From assembly GCA_044229145.1 (NCBI GenBank), contig JBGATO010000023.1:1-51967 (forward strand): DNA of 51,967 nt, read 5' to 3'. This document shows, piece after piece, positions 1 through 9,254 of this stretch (position 1 is its first letter; every line of letters begins with the position of its first letter). The notes below the pieces were generated by a model. The model made no database searches. It was given only the letters and a program-made list of their open reading frames with translations, and had not been told where the DNA came from. The translations under genes were made by a program, and so were the position numbers. The DNA is from Candidatus Eiseniibacteriota bacterium (GTDB lineage: Bacteria; Eisenbacteria; RBG-16-71-46; CAZEPH01).

Positions 1-56
1 TTATCCCGCTGACCGGATGGTGTGTCTGGAAACGTGAATGTCTTGAACTCCGCCAC
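1..56 (-). CDS. hypothetical protein, N-terminal fragment (runs off window)
   Basis: GTG at 54-56 overlaps the TAG of the DUF2085 gene (TAGTG) and follows GGAGG; frame MAEFKTFTFPDTPSGQRD is open to the window edge. Confidence 0.55.
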   Translation of the reverse strand, partial: MAEFKTFTFPDTPSGQRD

Positions 57-475
57 TATCCACCTCCAACGGCGATCATCGTGGCAGGTAAACTCACACC
101 CAAGAAGAAGCCTGTCACGAATCGAATCGCGTTCCTAGATTCTCGTATTCTGAGCGACTGTGTTCCTGCATCCAAGAAGAGGAGTGCCGCCGCCATCGCG
201 GCGGCCAACCCTAGACGGTCGCGTAAGGGGAAACAGCACCAAGAGCAGGCGAGGCCTGCGATTATTCCAGTGCATCGGGCACAAACATGAAACTGACGAC
301 CAGAGATGAAGAACGAGCGGTCCGACCGCCTGTGGCAGTGCCACACTCTGTGAAGAAACACGCTGTCCACGAAAACCCGAGCAAGAATGAGCGCAACTAG
401 ACTTTCCAGTCCGCGCCCGAATCGCGATCGCGGTTCACGGACGATGTTGGGGTTGTCCATCGGCTTGATCATCAT
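56..475 (-). CDS. DUF2085-family membrane protein
   Basis: Motif CHRRSDRSFFISGRQFHVCARCTG followed by hydrophobic helices and DAGTQ...RESRNAIRFVTGF; start uncertain. Confidence 0.8.
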   Translation of the reverse strand: MMIKPMDNPNIVREPRSRFGRGLESLVALILARVFVDSVFLHRVWHCHRRSDRSFFISGRQFHVCARCTGIIAGLACSWCCFPLRDRLGLAAAMAAALLFLDAGTQSLRIRESRNAIRFVTGFFLGVSLPATMIAVGGG

Positions 476-873
476 AGCGTTGGCTTCTTACGTTGGTCAC
501 CAGTTCTTCACGTGTTCCAGATACACTTAGTGACCGTAGCACATGCTTTCACGACTTCGCCAGTTTTCCTCGCCACGCGGACTGTTGGCAGCATGCGGAA
601 GCGCTCGCCAGATTTCGCTCAGCCTCGCCACGGAAATAGCACGTTCTTCATCCATCGGCTGCCCCCTTTGGCGACCGAGAAAGTGATCATGGAAAGGTGC
701 AGCTCGCTCGCGTTCTTGGACATCCAGCTTCCGCGCAAGAGCGATTGAGTACACTCTCTCCTAGCCTTGACATCATCGCTGCTTGCGGGTTCTCTGTGGC
801 AATCACAGCCCGCCGGCCGCGCCCCCCGCGCGCCCCGTCGCCGATGTTGGCTTTCGTCCTCGGAGATCGTCTC

Positions 874-3800
874 GTGATCCGCTCGCGTTTCGCCCTCGGG
901 CTCGCCGTGGCCGTGTGTGTCGCCGCGGTGCCCGCCTTCGCCGCCTCGAAGCCGAAGGCCGCCGCCGGCAAGACCGCCGCCGGCCCCGACTCGCTGTTCC
1001 GCTCGTCCACGTTCTCCGGCCTCAAGTTCCGTTCGGTCGGGCCGGCGCTGGTGAGCGGGCGCGTCATCGACATCGCCATCAACCCGCAGGACGAGGCGAC
1101 GTGGTTCGTCGCGGCGGCGAGCGGCGGCGTGTGGAAGACCACCAACGCCGGCACGACGTGGAAGCCGGTGTTCGACTCGCAGGGCAGCTACTCGATCGGC
1201 TGCGTGGCCATCGACCCGAAGAATCCGCTCGTCGTGTGGGTGGGCTCGGGCGAGAACAACAGCCAGCGCAGCGTCGCGTACGGCGACGGCGTGTACAAGT
1301 CGATCGACGGCGGCAACACGTGGAAGAACGTCGGGCTCAAGGGCAGCGAGCACATCGGCAAGATCCTCGTCGACCCGCGCAACTCGGACGTCGTCTACGT
1401 CGCGGCGCAAGGCCCGCTGTGGAACACCGGCGGCGAGCGCGGGCTGTACAAGTCGACCGACGGCGGCAAGACGTGGACGCAGTCGCTCAAGATCGACGAC
1501 AAGACCGGCGTCAGCGACCTCGCGTTCGACCCGCGCGATCCGGACGTCATCTACGCGTCGGCGTACGAGCGGCACCGGCGCGTGTGGACGCTGATCGACG
1601 GCGGGCCGGGCAGCGCGCTCTACAAGAGCACCGACGCCGGCAAGACGTGGAACAAACTGTCCAACGGCCTGCCAAGCGCCGAGATGGGCCGCATCGGCAT
1701 CGCGGTGTCGCCGGCCGATCCCAACACGGTGTACGCGATCTGCGAAGCGGTGGACGGCGAGGGCGGCATCTACCGCACGCAGGACGCCGGCGCGACGTGG
1801 GAGAAGCGCGCGGGCTACATGTCCTCGTCGCCGCAGTATTACAACGAGCTGATCTGCGATCCGAAGAACGTCGACCGCGTGTACTCGATGGACACGTTCA
1901 TGAAGGTCTCGCAGGACGGCGGCAAGACGTGGACGAACGTCGGCGAGCGCTCGAAGCACGTCGACAACCACGCGCTGTGGATCGACCCGGACGACACGGA
2001 TCACTTGCGCGCCGGCTGCGACGGCGGCGCGTACGAATCGTACGACCGCGGCGCGACGTGGTCGTTCTTCGCCAACTTGCCGATCACGCAGTTCTACAAG
2101 GTCGCGGTGGACACCGAAGCGCCCTACTACAACATCTACGGCGGCACGCAGGACAACAACACGCTCGGCGGTCCGTCGCGCACCATCACCGAGAACGGCG
2201 GCCGCAACCAGGACTGGTTCATCACCACCGGCGGCGACGGCTTCGCGGTGCAGATCGATCCGCAGGACCCCAACATCGTCTACTGCGAAGCGCAGGACGG
2301 TGAGTTGGTGCGCTTCGACAAGAAGAACGGCGAGACGGTGGCGTTGCAGCCGCAGCCGGAGCCGGGCGACGCGCCGCAGCGCTGGGACTGGGACACGCCG
2401 CTGCTCATCAGCCCGCACTCGCACACGCGTCTCTACTATGCGTCGCAGCAGCTATGGCGCAGCGATGACCGCGGCGACTCGTGGGTCAAGGTCAGCCCCG
2501 ATCTCACGCGGCAGATCGAACGCAACAAGCTCAAGGTGGCCGGCCGCGTGTGGGGCGTCAACACCAACGGCAAGAACGCGTCGACGTCGTGGTACGGCAA
2601 CATCGTCTCGCTCAGCGAATCGCCGAAGGTCGAAGGCCTGCTCTACGTCGGCACCGACGACGGCTTGATCCAGGTCAGCGAGGACGGCGGCAAGACGTGG
2701 CGCAAGCAGGACACCTTCCCCGGCGTCCCGACGCTCTCGTACGTCAGCGAAGTGTTGGCGTCGCAGCACGACGCCAACGTCGTCTACGCCGCGTTCGAGA
2801 ACCACAAGGAAGGCGACTTCAAGCCGTACGTGTTGCGCTCGAACGACCGCGGCCGCACCTGGACTGCGCTCACGAGCGGTCTGCCGGAGCGCGGCAGCGT
2901 GTACTGCCTTGCCGAGGATCACGTCGACGCGAAGCTGCTGTTCTGCGGCACCGAGTTCGGCTGCTTCGCCACCGTCACCGGCGGCGCGAAGTGGTTCCAA
3001 CTCAAGGGCGGCCTGCCGACGATCCAAGTGCGCGACATGGTCATCCAGCCGCGCGAGAACGACCTCGTGCTGGCGACCTTCGGCCGCGGCTTCTACGTCC
3101 TCGACGACTACTCGCCGCTACGCGGCCTCACCGCGGCGACGCTCGAGAAGCCGGTCGTCACCTTCCCGGCGAAGACGGCGCTCATGTACGTGCCGTGGTC
3201 GCCGATCGGCGGCAGCGGCAAGAGCCAGCAGGGCGACGGCTTCTTCGTCTCGCCGAACCCGCCGTTCGGCGCCATCCTCACCTACTACCGCCGCGATGGC
3301 CTCAAGTCGCGCCGCGACGCGCGCCGCGAGAAGGAGAAGGAAGTCTGGGAGAAGGGCGGCGACGTCTTCTACCCGTCGTGGGACTCGCTCGCCGCCGAAG
3401 ACCGCGCCGAGGACCCGACGATGATGGTGACCATCATGGACGCCGACATGAACGTGGTGCGCCGATTCCCGGCCTCGGCCGGCGGCGGCTTCACCCGCGT
3501 CGCGTGGGACCTCCGCTATCCGGTGCCGAACCCGACGACGATCGGCCAGCGCGAGGACCGGCTGTTCTTCAACCCGTACGTCGGCCCGATGGTCGCGCCG
3601 GGCAAGTACACGGCACTGTTCGCCACGCGCATCGACGACAAACTGACGCCAGTGGGCGATCCGGTGACGTTCGAGTGCGTGCCACTCGCCAACGCGTCGT
3701 TGCCGGCGAAGGACCGCGCGGCGGTGCTGGCGTTCCAACAGAAGACGGCGCGACTGCAGCGCGCGGTGCTCGGCGCCGAGCGCGTGGTGGACACGACGGC

Positions 3801-4188
3801 GGAGCGCATTTCCTACGTCAAGCAGGCGATCGACGACGCGCCGGGCGCCTCGCGCACGCTACGGGACGACGCGCGGGCTCTGGAGCTGCGCCTGCTCGAC
3901 ATTCGCACGCAACTGGACGGCGATCCGGTCAAGGGCTCGCGCAACGAGCCGGTGGGCCCGGGCATTTCGGCACGCGTGCAGCGCATCGTCGACAGCCACT
4001 GGCTGACCACCGGCGAGGCGCCGAAGACCAGCATGCGCGACTACGAAATCGCCTCGGCGGCGTTCGCGCCGACGTTGGCAGCGCTGCGGCAGATCGTCGA
4101 AGTCGAGCTGCCGGCGCTGGAGAAGAAGCTCGACGCGGCGGGCGCCGCGTGGACGCCGGGCCGCTTCCCGGAGTGGAAGCCGGAGTAA
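874..4188 (+). CDS. secreted BNR/Asp-box repeat (VPS10/sortilin-like) beta-propeller protein, putative glycosyl hydrolase
   Basis: Signal peptide; many SxDGGxTW repeats; FRSVGPALVSGRVIDI start; helical C-terminus; GTG 874 after GGAG. Confidence 0.88.
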   Translation: MIRSRFALGLAVAVCVAAVPAFAASKPKAAAGKTAAGPDSLFRSSTFSGLKFRSVGPALVSGRVIDIAINPQDEATWFVAAASGGVWKTTNAGTTWKPVFDSQGSYSIGCVAIDPKNPLVVWVGSGENNSQRSVAYGDGVYKSIDGGNTWKNVGLKGSEHIGKILVDPRNSDVVYVAAQGPLWNTGGERGLYKSTDGGKTWTQSLKIDDKTGVSDLAFDPRDPDVIYASAYERHRRVWTLIDGGPGSALYKSTDAGKTWNKLSNGLPSAEMGRIGIAVSPADPNTVYAICEAVDGEGGIYRTQDAGATWEKRAGYMSSSPQYYNELICDPKNVDRVYSMDTFMKVSQDGGKTWTNVGERSKHVDNHALWIDPDDTDHLRAGCDGGAYESYDRGATWSFFANLPITQFYKVAVDTEAPYYNIYGGTQDNNTLGGPSRTITENGGRNQDWFITTGGDGFAVQIDPQDPNIVYCEAQDGELVRFDKKNGETVALQPQPEPGDAPQRWDWDTPLLISPHSHTRLYYASQQLWRSDDRGDSWVKVSPDLTRQIERNKLKVAGRVWGVNTNGKNASTSWYGNIVSLSESPKVEGLLYVGTDDGLIQVSEDGGKTWRKQDTFPGVPTLSYVSEVLASQHDANVVYAAFENHKEGDFKPYVLRSNDRGRTWTALTSGLPERGSVYCLAEDHVDAKLLFCGTEFGCFATVTGGAKWFQLKGGLPTIQVRDMVIQPRENDLVLATFGRGFYVLDDYSPLRGLTAATLEKPVVTFPAKTALMYVPWSPIGGSGKSQQGDGFFVSPNPPFGAILTYYRRDGLKSRRDARREKEKEVWEKGGDVFYPSWDSLAAEDRAEDPTMMVTIMDADMNVVRRFPASAGGGFTRVAWDLRYPVPNPTTIGQREDRLFFNPYVGPMVAPGKYTALFATRIDDKLTPVGDPVTFECVPLANASLPAKDRAAVLAFQQKTARLQRAVLGAERVVDTTAERISYVKQAIDDAPGASRTLRDDARALELRLLDIRTQLDGDPVKGSRNEPVGPGISARVQRIVDSHWLTTGEAPKTSMRDYEIASAAFAPTLAALRQIVEVELPALEKKLDAAGAAWTPGRFPEWKPE

Positions 4189-4206
4189 CGAGCATCGCAC
4201 ACGAAG

Positions 4207-4242
4207 AAGGCGGAGCCGGCATCGTGACCGGCTCCGCCTTTT
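4207..4242. terminator. bidirectional intrinsic terminator
   Basis: 13-bp stem AAGGCGGAGCCGG/CCGGCTCCGCCTT plus T run, between convergent genes. Confidence 0.85.
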
Positions 4243-4243
4243 G

Positions 4244-4586
4244 CTATTCCACCGCGTCTTCGAGCCGCGGCGCCCCGCGCGGCACCCACTGATAGCGCGC
4301 GAGATCGATGCGACCCTCGCGATCGACCTTCACCTTCTCACGCGAGAGCAACGCCTTCTGCACGTTGCCGCCATCGTGCGGCGGCAGACTGATGCGCCTC
4401 CGCCGCGTTGATCACGCGATGCCACGGCAGGCCTGCGCCCTCGGGCGTCGCATGCAACGCATAGCCGACCTGCCGCGCGTGCCCCGGCAATCCCGCCAGC
4501 GCGGCGATCTGCCCGTAGGTCGCGACTCGGCCGCGCGGCACACGCCGCACGGCCGCATAGATGCGTTCGTAGTTGTCCGACGCCAC
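4244..4586 (-). pseudogene. alkyltransferase-like (ATL, MGMT family) protein with +1 frameshift near 4399
   Basis: VPRGRVATYGQIA and PWHRVINA motifs; the expected C-terminus (GRISLP...QKALLSREKV...GRIDLARYQW) lies in another frame ending at TAG 4244. Confidence 0.8.
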
Positions 4587-4590
4587 GCGT

Positions 4591-5685
4591 CTATTCGTCG
4601 TCGGTGTCGGGAATCCCGCGCACGGTCATGTCGTAGAGCGGCCCCGAGTTCATCGACTCGTCCGGCACGCGCAACGTGAGTTCGAAACCGCCGTAGGTCT
4701 GCGCGACGCCGTTGTAGATCAGCGCGAGCGCCGCGGTCAGGATGGTCAGCGGCACGAACGCGGCCGTCAGCGCGGCGCCGGTCCACACGCCCCACGGGCC
4801 GTCCGCCGTGTGCAACGCGATCAGGATCGTCGCGGTGAGCCCGAGGATGAACATCACCGTGAACCAGAAGCCGAGCCCGAAGAACACCACCGAGCGCAGG
4901 TCGATGCGGTGCACGGTGACCCGCACGTCGTTCTCATGCCCGGCGCGCACCTCGCTCAACTCGGTGAGCCCCAGCACCCAGCCGCGCCAGCGCTCCGCCG
5001 CCACGTTGTAGAGCGCCGCCAGCATCGCCGACGCGCCGGTGAACACCGCACCGTAGACGACCGGCAAGTAGAAGAAGGCGTACATACCGAAGCGGTTGCG
5101 ATTGACGCCCGAGATTTCGAGCAACGTGGTGACGAAGCCGATCACGCCCCATAGCGCCACCCACCACACGCCGCCGAACACCACCGCCGAGCGCAGCCGC
5201 ACCGCGTGCACCGTGACGTCGAGTTCGCGCGTCGCCTGCGTCGACGGCTTGAGTTCGGTGAGCACCGCCGCGAAGCCGCCGAAGCGCCGCGCGATGACGT
5301 CGTAGATCGCCGCGATGCCAACGGTCAGCGGCGTGAACAAGGCAACGCCGGCCAGCGGATACATCACGACGATGAGCGCCGCGCGTTCGGCATCGAGCTC
5401 GTCCTGCAGCACGCTGTACGCGGCGACGACGCCGACCAAGCCCCACAACGCGGCCCAGAAGATCGACCCGAAGATGAGCACGGACTTGAGGCCGATCTCG
5501 TGCATCGTCACCACCGGCGCGTTGGGGCCGGTGGGACCTTCGGGCGCGGCGGCCACTTCCTGCAACACGCGCCACAACCGCGCGCTCGCTTCGCCCGGCA
5601 CTTGGAACGCGCGCATCGCGGTGCGGCCGACTTCGCGGCCGGCCTTCTGCATCTCGCGTTCGATGTCGCGTGGGGTGATTGGCAT
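4591..5685 (-). CDS. membrane protein with three tandem DUF3566-like repeats
   Basis: Three units VTxHxI/VxLxS...TM...TM...A(I/L)Y(D/N)xxAxxxxG(F/W). Confidence 0.7.
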   Translation of the reverse strand: MPITPRDIEREMQKAGREVGRTAMRAFQVPGEASARLWRVLQEVAAAPEGPTGPNAPVVTMHEIGLKSVLIFGSIFWAALWGLVGVVAAYSVLQDELDAERAALIVVMYPLAGVALFTPLTVGIAAIYDVIARRFGGFAAVLTELKPSTQATRELDVTVHAVRLRSAVVFGGVWWVALWGVIGFVTTLLEISGVNRNRFGMYAFFYLPVVYGAVFTGASAMLAALYNVAAERWRGWVLGLTELSEVRAGHENDVRVTVHRIDLRSVVFFGLGFWFTVMFILGLTATILIALHTADGPWGVWTGAALTAAFVPLTILTAALALIYNGVAQTYGGFELTLRVPDESMNSGPLYDMTVRGIPDTDDE

Positions 5686-5757
5686 TACGACCTCCCCGTA
5701 CTGCGCGCGCGGTGGCCGGCGGGACGTCGTGTCCCGCGGCGCGGCGGCGGCGTCATT

Positions 5758-6942
5758 CTACGCGCGTTCGAACGCGGCGGCGAGCCCCAGTCCACCGCTG
5801 ATGCACAGCGTCGCCAGACCGCGCTGGGCTCCGCGCCGCCGCATTTCGTGCAGCAGCGTCACCACGATGCGCGCGCCGGTCGCCCCGATCGGATGGCCGA
5901 GGGCGATGGAGCCGCCGTTGACGTTGAGCCGCGCCGGGTCGATGTGCAGCTCGCGGTCGCAGGCCAGCACCTGCGCCGCGAACGCCTCGTTGAGCTCCAC
6001 GAGGTCGAAACGGTCGAGCGCGCCGCCGGTCTTGGCGAGCAGCTTCTGCGTCGCCGGCACCGGGCCGAGGCCCATGACACGCGGGTCGACGCCGGCGCTC
6101 GCCGACGCCTCGAGCACGGCGAGCGGCGTCAGCCCGCGGCGCTCCGCCTCCGGCAGCGCCATCAATACGAGCGCCGCCGCGCCGTCGGTGATCCCCGACG
6201 AGTTCCCCGCCGACACCGTGCCGGTCTTCGAGAACACCGGCGGCAGCTTCGCCAGCTGGTCCGGCGTGGTGTCGGGGCGCGGGTGCTCGTCGCGGTCGAT
6301 GACGACATCGCTCTTGCCGCCGCGCACGGTCACCGGCACCAGCTCGTCGGCGAACCGCCCGGCGTCCCACGCCGCGCCGGCCTTGCGCTGGCTCTCGAGC
6401 GCGAAGGCGTCCTGCTCCTCGCGCGGGATGCCGTACTGGCCGGCCAGCGTCTCGGCGGTTTCGCCCATGATCTGGTTGGCGAGCGGACACAGGAAGCCAT
6501 CCTGGTACATGCCGTCGACCAGCGGCGCGTGGCCGAGCCGGTAGCCGAGCCGCGCGCGGTCGAGCATGTACGGCACGCGGGTCATGTTCTCGGTGCCGCC
6601 GACCAGCACCGCCGTCGCCTCGCCAAGCTGGATCGACTGCGCGCCGAGCAACAGCGACTTGAGCCCGCTGCCGCAGGCCTTGTTCACGGTGAACGCCGGC
6701 ACCGTTTCGGGGACGCCGGCCTTGATCGACACCTGCCGCGCCGGGTTCGGCCCGCCGCCGGCCTGGCGCGCGTTGCCGAAGATCACCTCGTCGATATCGG
6801 CGCCGCTCACGCCCGCCCGCTCCAGCGCGGCCTGCGCCGCCACCGCGCCGAGTTCCGCCGCGGTCACGGTGGCGAACGATCCGAGGAAGCGGCCGATCGG
6901 AGTGCGCACGGCGGAGAGGACGGCGACACGCGGCGTGGACAC
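5758..6942 (-). CDS. acetyl-CoA C-acyltransferase (thiolase)
   Basis: [21 protein letters not shown] and LCISGG motifs. Confidence 0.95.
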   Translation of the reverse strand: MSTPRVAVLSAVRTPIGRFLGSFATVTAAELGAVAAQAALERAGVSGADIDEVIFGNARQAGGGPNPARQVSIKAGVPETVPAFTVNKACGSGLKSLLLGAQSIQLGEATAVLVGGTENMTRVPYMLDRARLGYRLGHAPLVDGMYQDGFLCPLANQIMGETAETLAGQYGIPREEQDAFALESQRKAGAAWDAGRFADELVPVTVRGGKSDVVIDRDEHPRPDTTPDQLAKLPPVFSKTGTVSAGNSSGITDGAAALVLMALPEAERRGLTPLAVLEASASAGVDPRVMGLGPVPATQKLLAKTGGALDRFDLVELNEAFAAQVLACDRELHIDPARLNVNGGSIALGHPIGATGARIVVTLLHEMRRRGAQRGLATLCISGGLGLAAAFERA

Positions 6943-6954
6943 GGAGAATCCTCC

Positions 6955-7398
6955 TTAGGAGCGGATGAGCGGCGCGTGGCCGGCGCCGTCGGCGGTGTCG
7001 GCGACCAGACGGCAGGTGGCGCGGCCGCGGGCGACCAGCGCCCCGTCGCCCAGCCGCTGGATTTCGGCGGTGGCGGAGACGGTGTCGCCTTCGGGCGCGG
7101 CGTGCTGCGCGGTGACCCGCAACTGGTCCCCCGGCGCCACCGGCTTGAGCAGCCGGACGGTCAGCGCCGCCGATACCGCCGGGACGCCATCGCGGTGCAG
7201 GCAGGCCACCATCGCCTCGTCGAGCACCAGCGACAGGAAGCCGCCGTGGACGATGCCCTTGTAGCCCTGATGCTCGCGGCGCGGGGCGAACTCCGCCCCG
7301 AACGCGCCATTGGCGAAGTCGCGGAACGCCAGCCGCAGCCCGACCGGATTGTCGGGACCGCAGGCGAAGCACATGAGGTCGTCGGACGGGTTTGCCAT
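6955..7398 (-). CDS. PaaI-family hotdog thioesterase
   Basis: CFACGPDNPVGL and HQGYKGIVHGGFLSLVLDE motifs. Confidence 0.9.
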   Translation of the reverse strand: MANPSDDLMCFACGPDNPVGLRLAFRDFANGAFGAEFAPRREHQGYKGIVHGGFLSLVLDEAMVACLHRDGVPAVSAALTVRLLKPVAPGDQLRVTAQHAAPEGDTVSATAEIQRLGDGALVARGRATCRLVADTADGAGHAPLIRS

Positions 7399-7409
7399 GA
7401 GAGAGCGGC

Positions 7410-7439
7410 AGTATAGGGAGCCGGTTCGGAGCGGGTCAA
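7410..7439 (-). promoter_or_regulatory. sigma70-type promoter of thioesterase-thiolase unit (near-leaderless)
   Basis: TTGACC-N18-TATACT, ending 11 nt before ATG 7398. Confidence 0.65.
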
Positions 7440-7510
7440 CGCACCGCGGCGGTGCCTCGCGGAGCCAGAAGGCGACTGCCCATGTGTGCCGGTAAAATCC
7501 ATGGTCGGGG

Positions 7511-7540
7511 TTGCAATTCGTCGGAGGCGTCGTGTAGGGT
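7511..7540 (+). promoter_or_regulatory. sigma70-type promoter of the 3D-domain/glycosylation cluster
   Basis: TTGCAA-N18-TAGGGT, divergent from the previous promoter. Confidence 0.5.
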
Positions 7541-7741
7541 TCCGGGCGTCGGGATGGCTAGACCGTCCTGGCGGACGCGCCGGCTCATGATGGCCGGCGC
7601 CGGTGCGCTCGCCCGCCGCCCCACGCGGCCCAGGAGCGAGCCACCCGAGCGGCGCGGGAGGCGCCACGTGCTCGAGTTCGACTCACGCTGAGCACACTGC
7701 CCGATTTCGACGGGCCTGGGTTTCCGGAGAATCACGAACTG

Positions 7742-8323
7742 ATGCGCATCCGACTGACCCCCATGCGGGTCGCTGCCCTGCTGCGTCCGTCCCGTCTCGG
7801 GACGAAGACGCGCACGCGGCGCCGCATCCGCCGTCTGGCGGTGACGGCAGCCCTCGCGGTTGCCGCGCTGGTGGGATGGAAGGCCACGCAAATGGTCGAC
7901 GTACTCCTTGGTGACTCGACCTTCCCGACCCCGGGCGTGGCCTTGCAGGCCGTCTCGCACGCCCTCGCTGGCCCGCTGTACTCGACGCCGATGGCCACCG
8001 GCAGCCGCCCGATCTCGACCGCGCTCGAGGACGGCACGCGGCTCATCTACGCCACCATCAGCACCTACCAGGCGACGCCCGCCCAGGCGGACGAGGACCA
8101 CACGGTCACCGCATCCGGCCTGCGCGTGGTGCCCCCGCCGCCCTACCCGATCGTGGCGAACAACACGCTGCCGTTCGGGACGCGCGTGAAGATCCGCAAC
8201 CGTGTCTACGTGGTGGCGGACCGCATGAACCCGCGCTACGGCTCGCGCCACTTCGACATCCTCACCCAAGGCGAGAACTTCAAGCTCCGCAACGAGCCGG
8301 TGCTGATTCTGCCGGGCTCGTAA
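7742..8323 (+). CDS. 3D-domain (lytic transglycosylase-like) protein with N-terminal membrane anchor
   Basis: TY...VTASG...IVANNTLPFGTRVKI...YVVADRMNPRY...FDI pattern. Confidence 0.75.
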   Translation: MRIRLTPMRVAALLRPSRLGTKTRTRRRIRRLAVTAALAVAALVGWKATQMVDVLLGDSTFPTPGVALQAVSHALAGPLYSTPMATGSRPISTALEDGTRLIYATISTYQATPAQADEDHTVTASGLRVVPPPPYPIVANNTLPFGTRVKIRNRVYVVADRMNPRYGSRHFDILTQGENFKLRNEPVLILPGS

Positions 8324-8327
8324 GTCC

Positions 8328-9254
8328 GTGGGCACGGCCGCCACGCAGTTGACCGCGGTGGTGGTCACCCACGATTCCGCGGACGTGCTTGCCGCCTGCC
8401 TCGACGCATTGGCCACCGCGGCACCGCGGCGCGGCGTCGACATCCGCGTGGTGGACAATGCCTCGGGCGATGGGTCCGCGGATCTCGCTGCCCAGCGGCT
8501 CGGCTCCGATCACGTGGTGCGCCTGCACGACAATCGCGGGTTCGCGGCCGGCGTGAACGTCGTGGCACGCGCGTTCGCCGGAGAGTTTCTCGCCGTGCTG
8601 AATCCCGATGCGCTGGTGCCGCCCGGCGGCCTCGACGCGCTCGCGGATGTTCTCGACGGCGCCCCGCGCGCCGGGCTGGTGGCGCCGCGCGTCGTCGGCG
8701 CCGACGGACGGCCCGAAGCCACCGTCGGGCATTTCCCGACCCTCGCCCGCGAATGGCGCCAGGCGTGGGGCCTGACCGCGGCCGCATTCGGCGGCGGACG
8801 CCGTGCGCCCTTCCCGGAGCGGGCCGCCGCGGTGGAATGGGTATCGGGCTGCGCGTGGCTCCTGCGCGGCGACGCGGTGCGCGCGGCCGGCCCGTTGCAC
8901 GAGGACTACTTCATGTACTGGGAGGACGTCGACTACTGTCGTGTCCTCCACGACGCCGGGTGGGACGTCTGGGCGACGCCGACTGTCACGGTGCGCCATG
9001 CGGTCGGCACGGGCTCGCGTGGCACGGCAGCGTTGCCGGCCGACGGCGGACTCGGCCTCGTCGAGTACTTCCGCCGCTTCCATCCCGCGGTGGCCGAATC
9101 CGAGGTGCGCCGCGTGATCGCGTGCGCGGCGACGCTGCGCGCCGTCGGGCACACCCTGCGTGGCTGGTGCGGCGTGCCGCGGGCCGCCCAGCGCGCCACG
9201 CGCTATCGGCGCACCCTCGCGCTGCTGCGCCAGACGGCCGAGTCGCGCCGATGA
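8328..9254 (+). CDS. GT2 glycosyltransferase (WbbL/rhamnosyltransferase-like)
   Basis: VVDNASGDGS, NRGFAAGVN, LNPD, WVSGCA and YFMYWEDVDYC motifs. Confidence 0.9.
   Translation: MGTAATQLTAVVVTHDSADVLAACLDALATAAPRRGVDIRVVDNASGDGSADLAAQRLGSDHVVRLHDNRGFAAGVNVVARAFAGEFLAVLNPDALVPPGGLDALADVLDGAPRAGLVAPRVVGADGRPEATVGHFPTLAREWRQAWGLTAAAFGGGRRAPFPERAAAVEWVSGCAWLLRGDAVRAAGPLHEDYFMYWEDVDYCRVLHDAGWDVWATPTVTVRHAVGTGSRGTAALPADGGLGLVEYFRRFHPAVAESEVRRVIACAATLRAVGHTLRGWCGVPRAAQRATRYRRTLALLRQTAESRR

Noticed and set aside
476..760. Small ORFs (527-754 minus, 512-748 plus) or TGA readthrough in MKNVLFPWRG*AKSG
   Set aside because: No recognisable motif or SECIS-like support; cannot choose a frame
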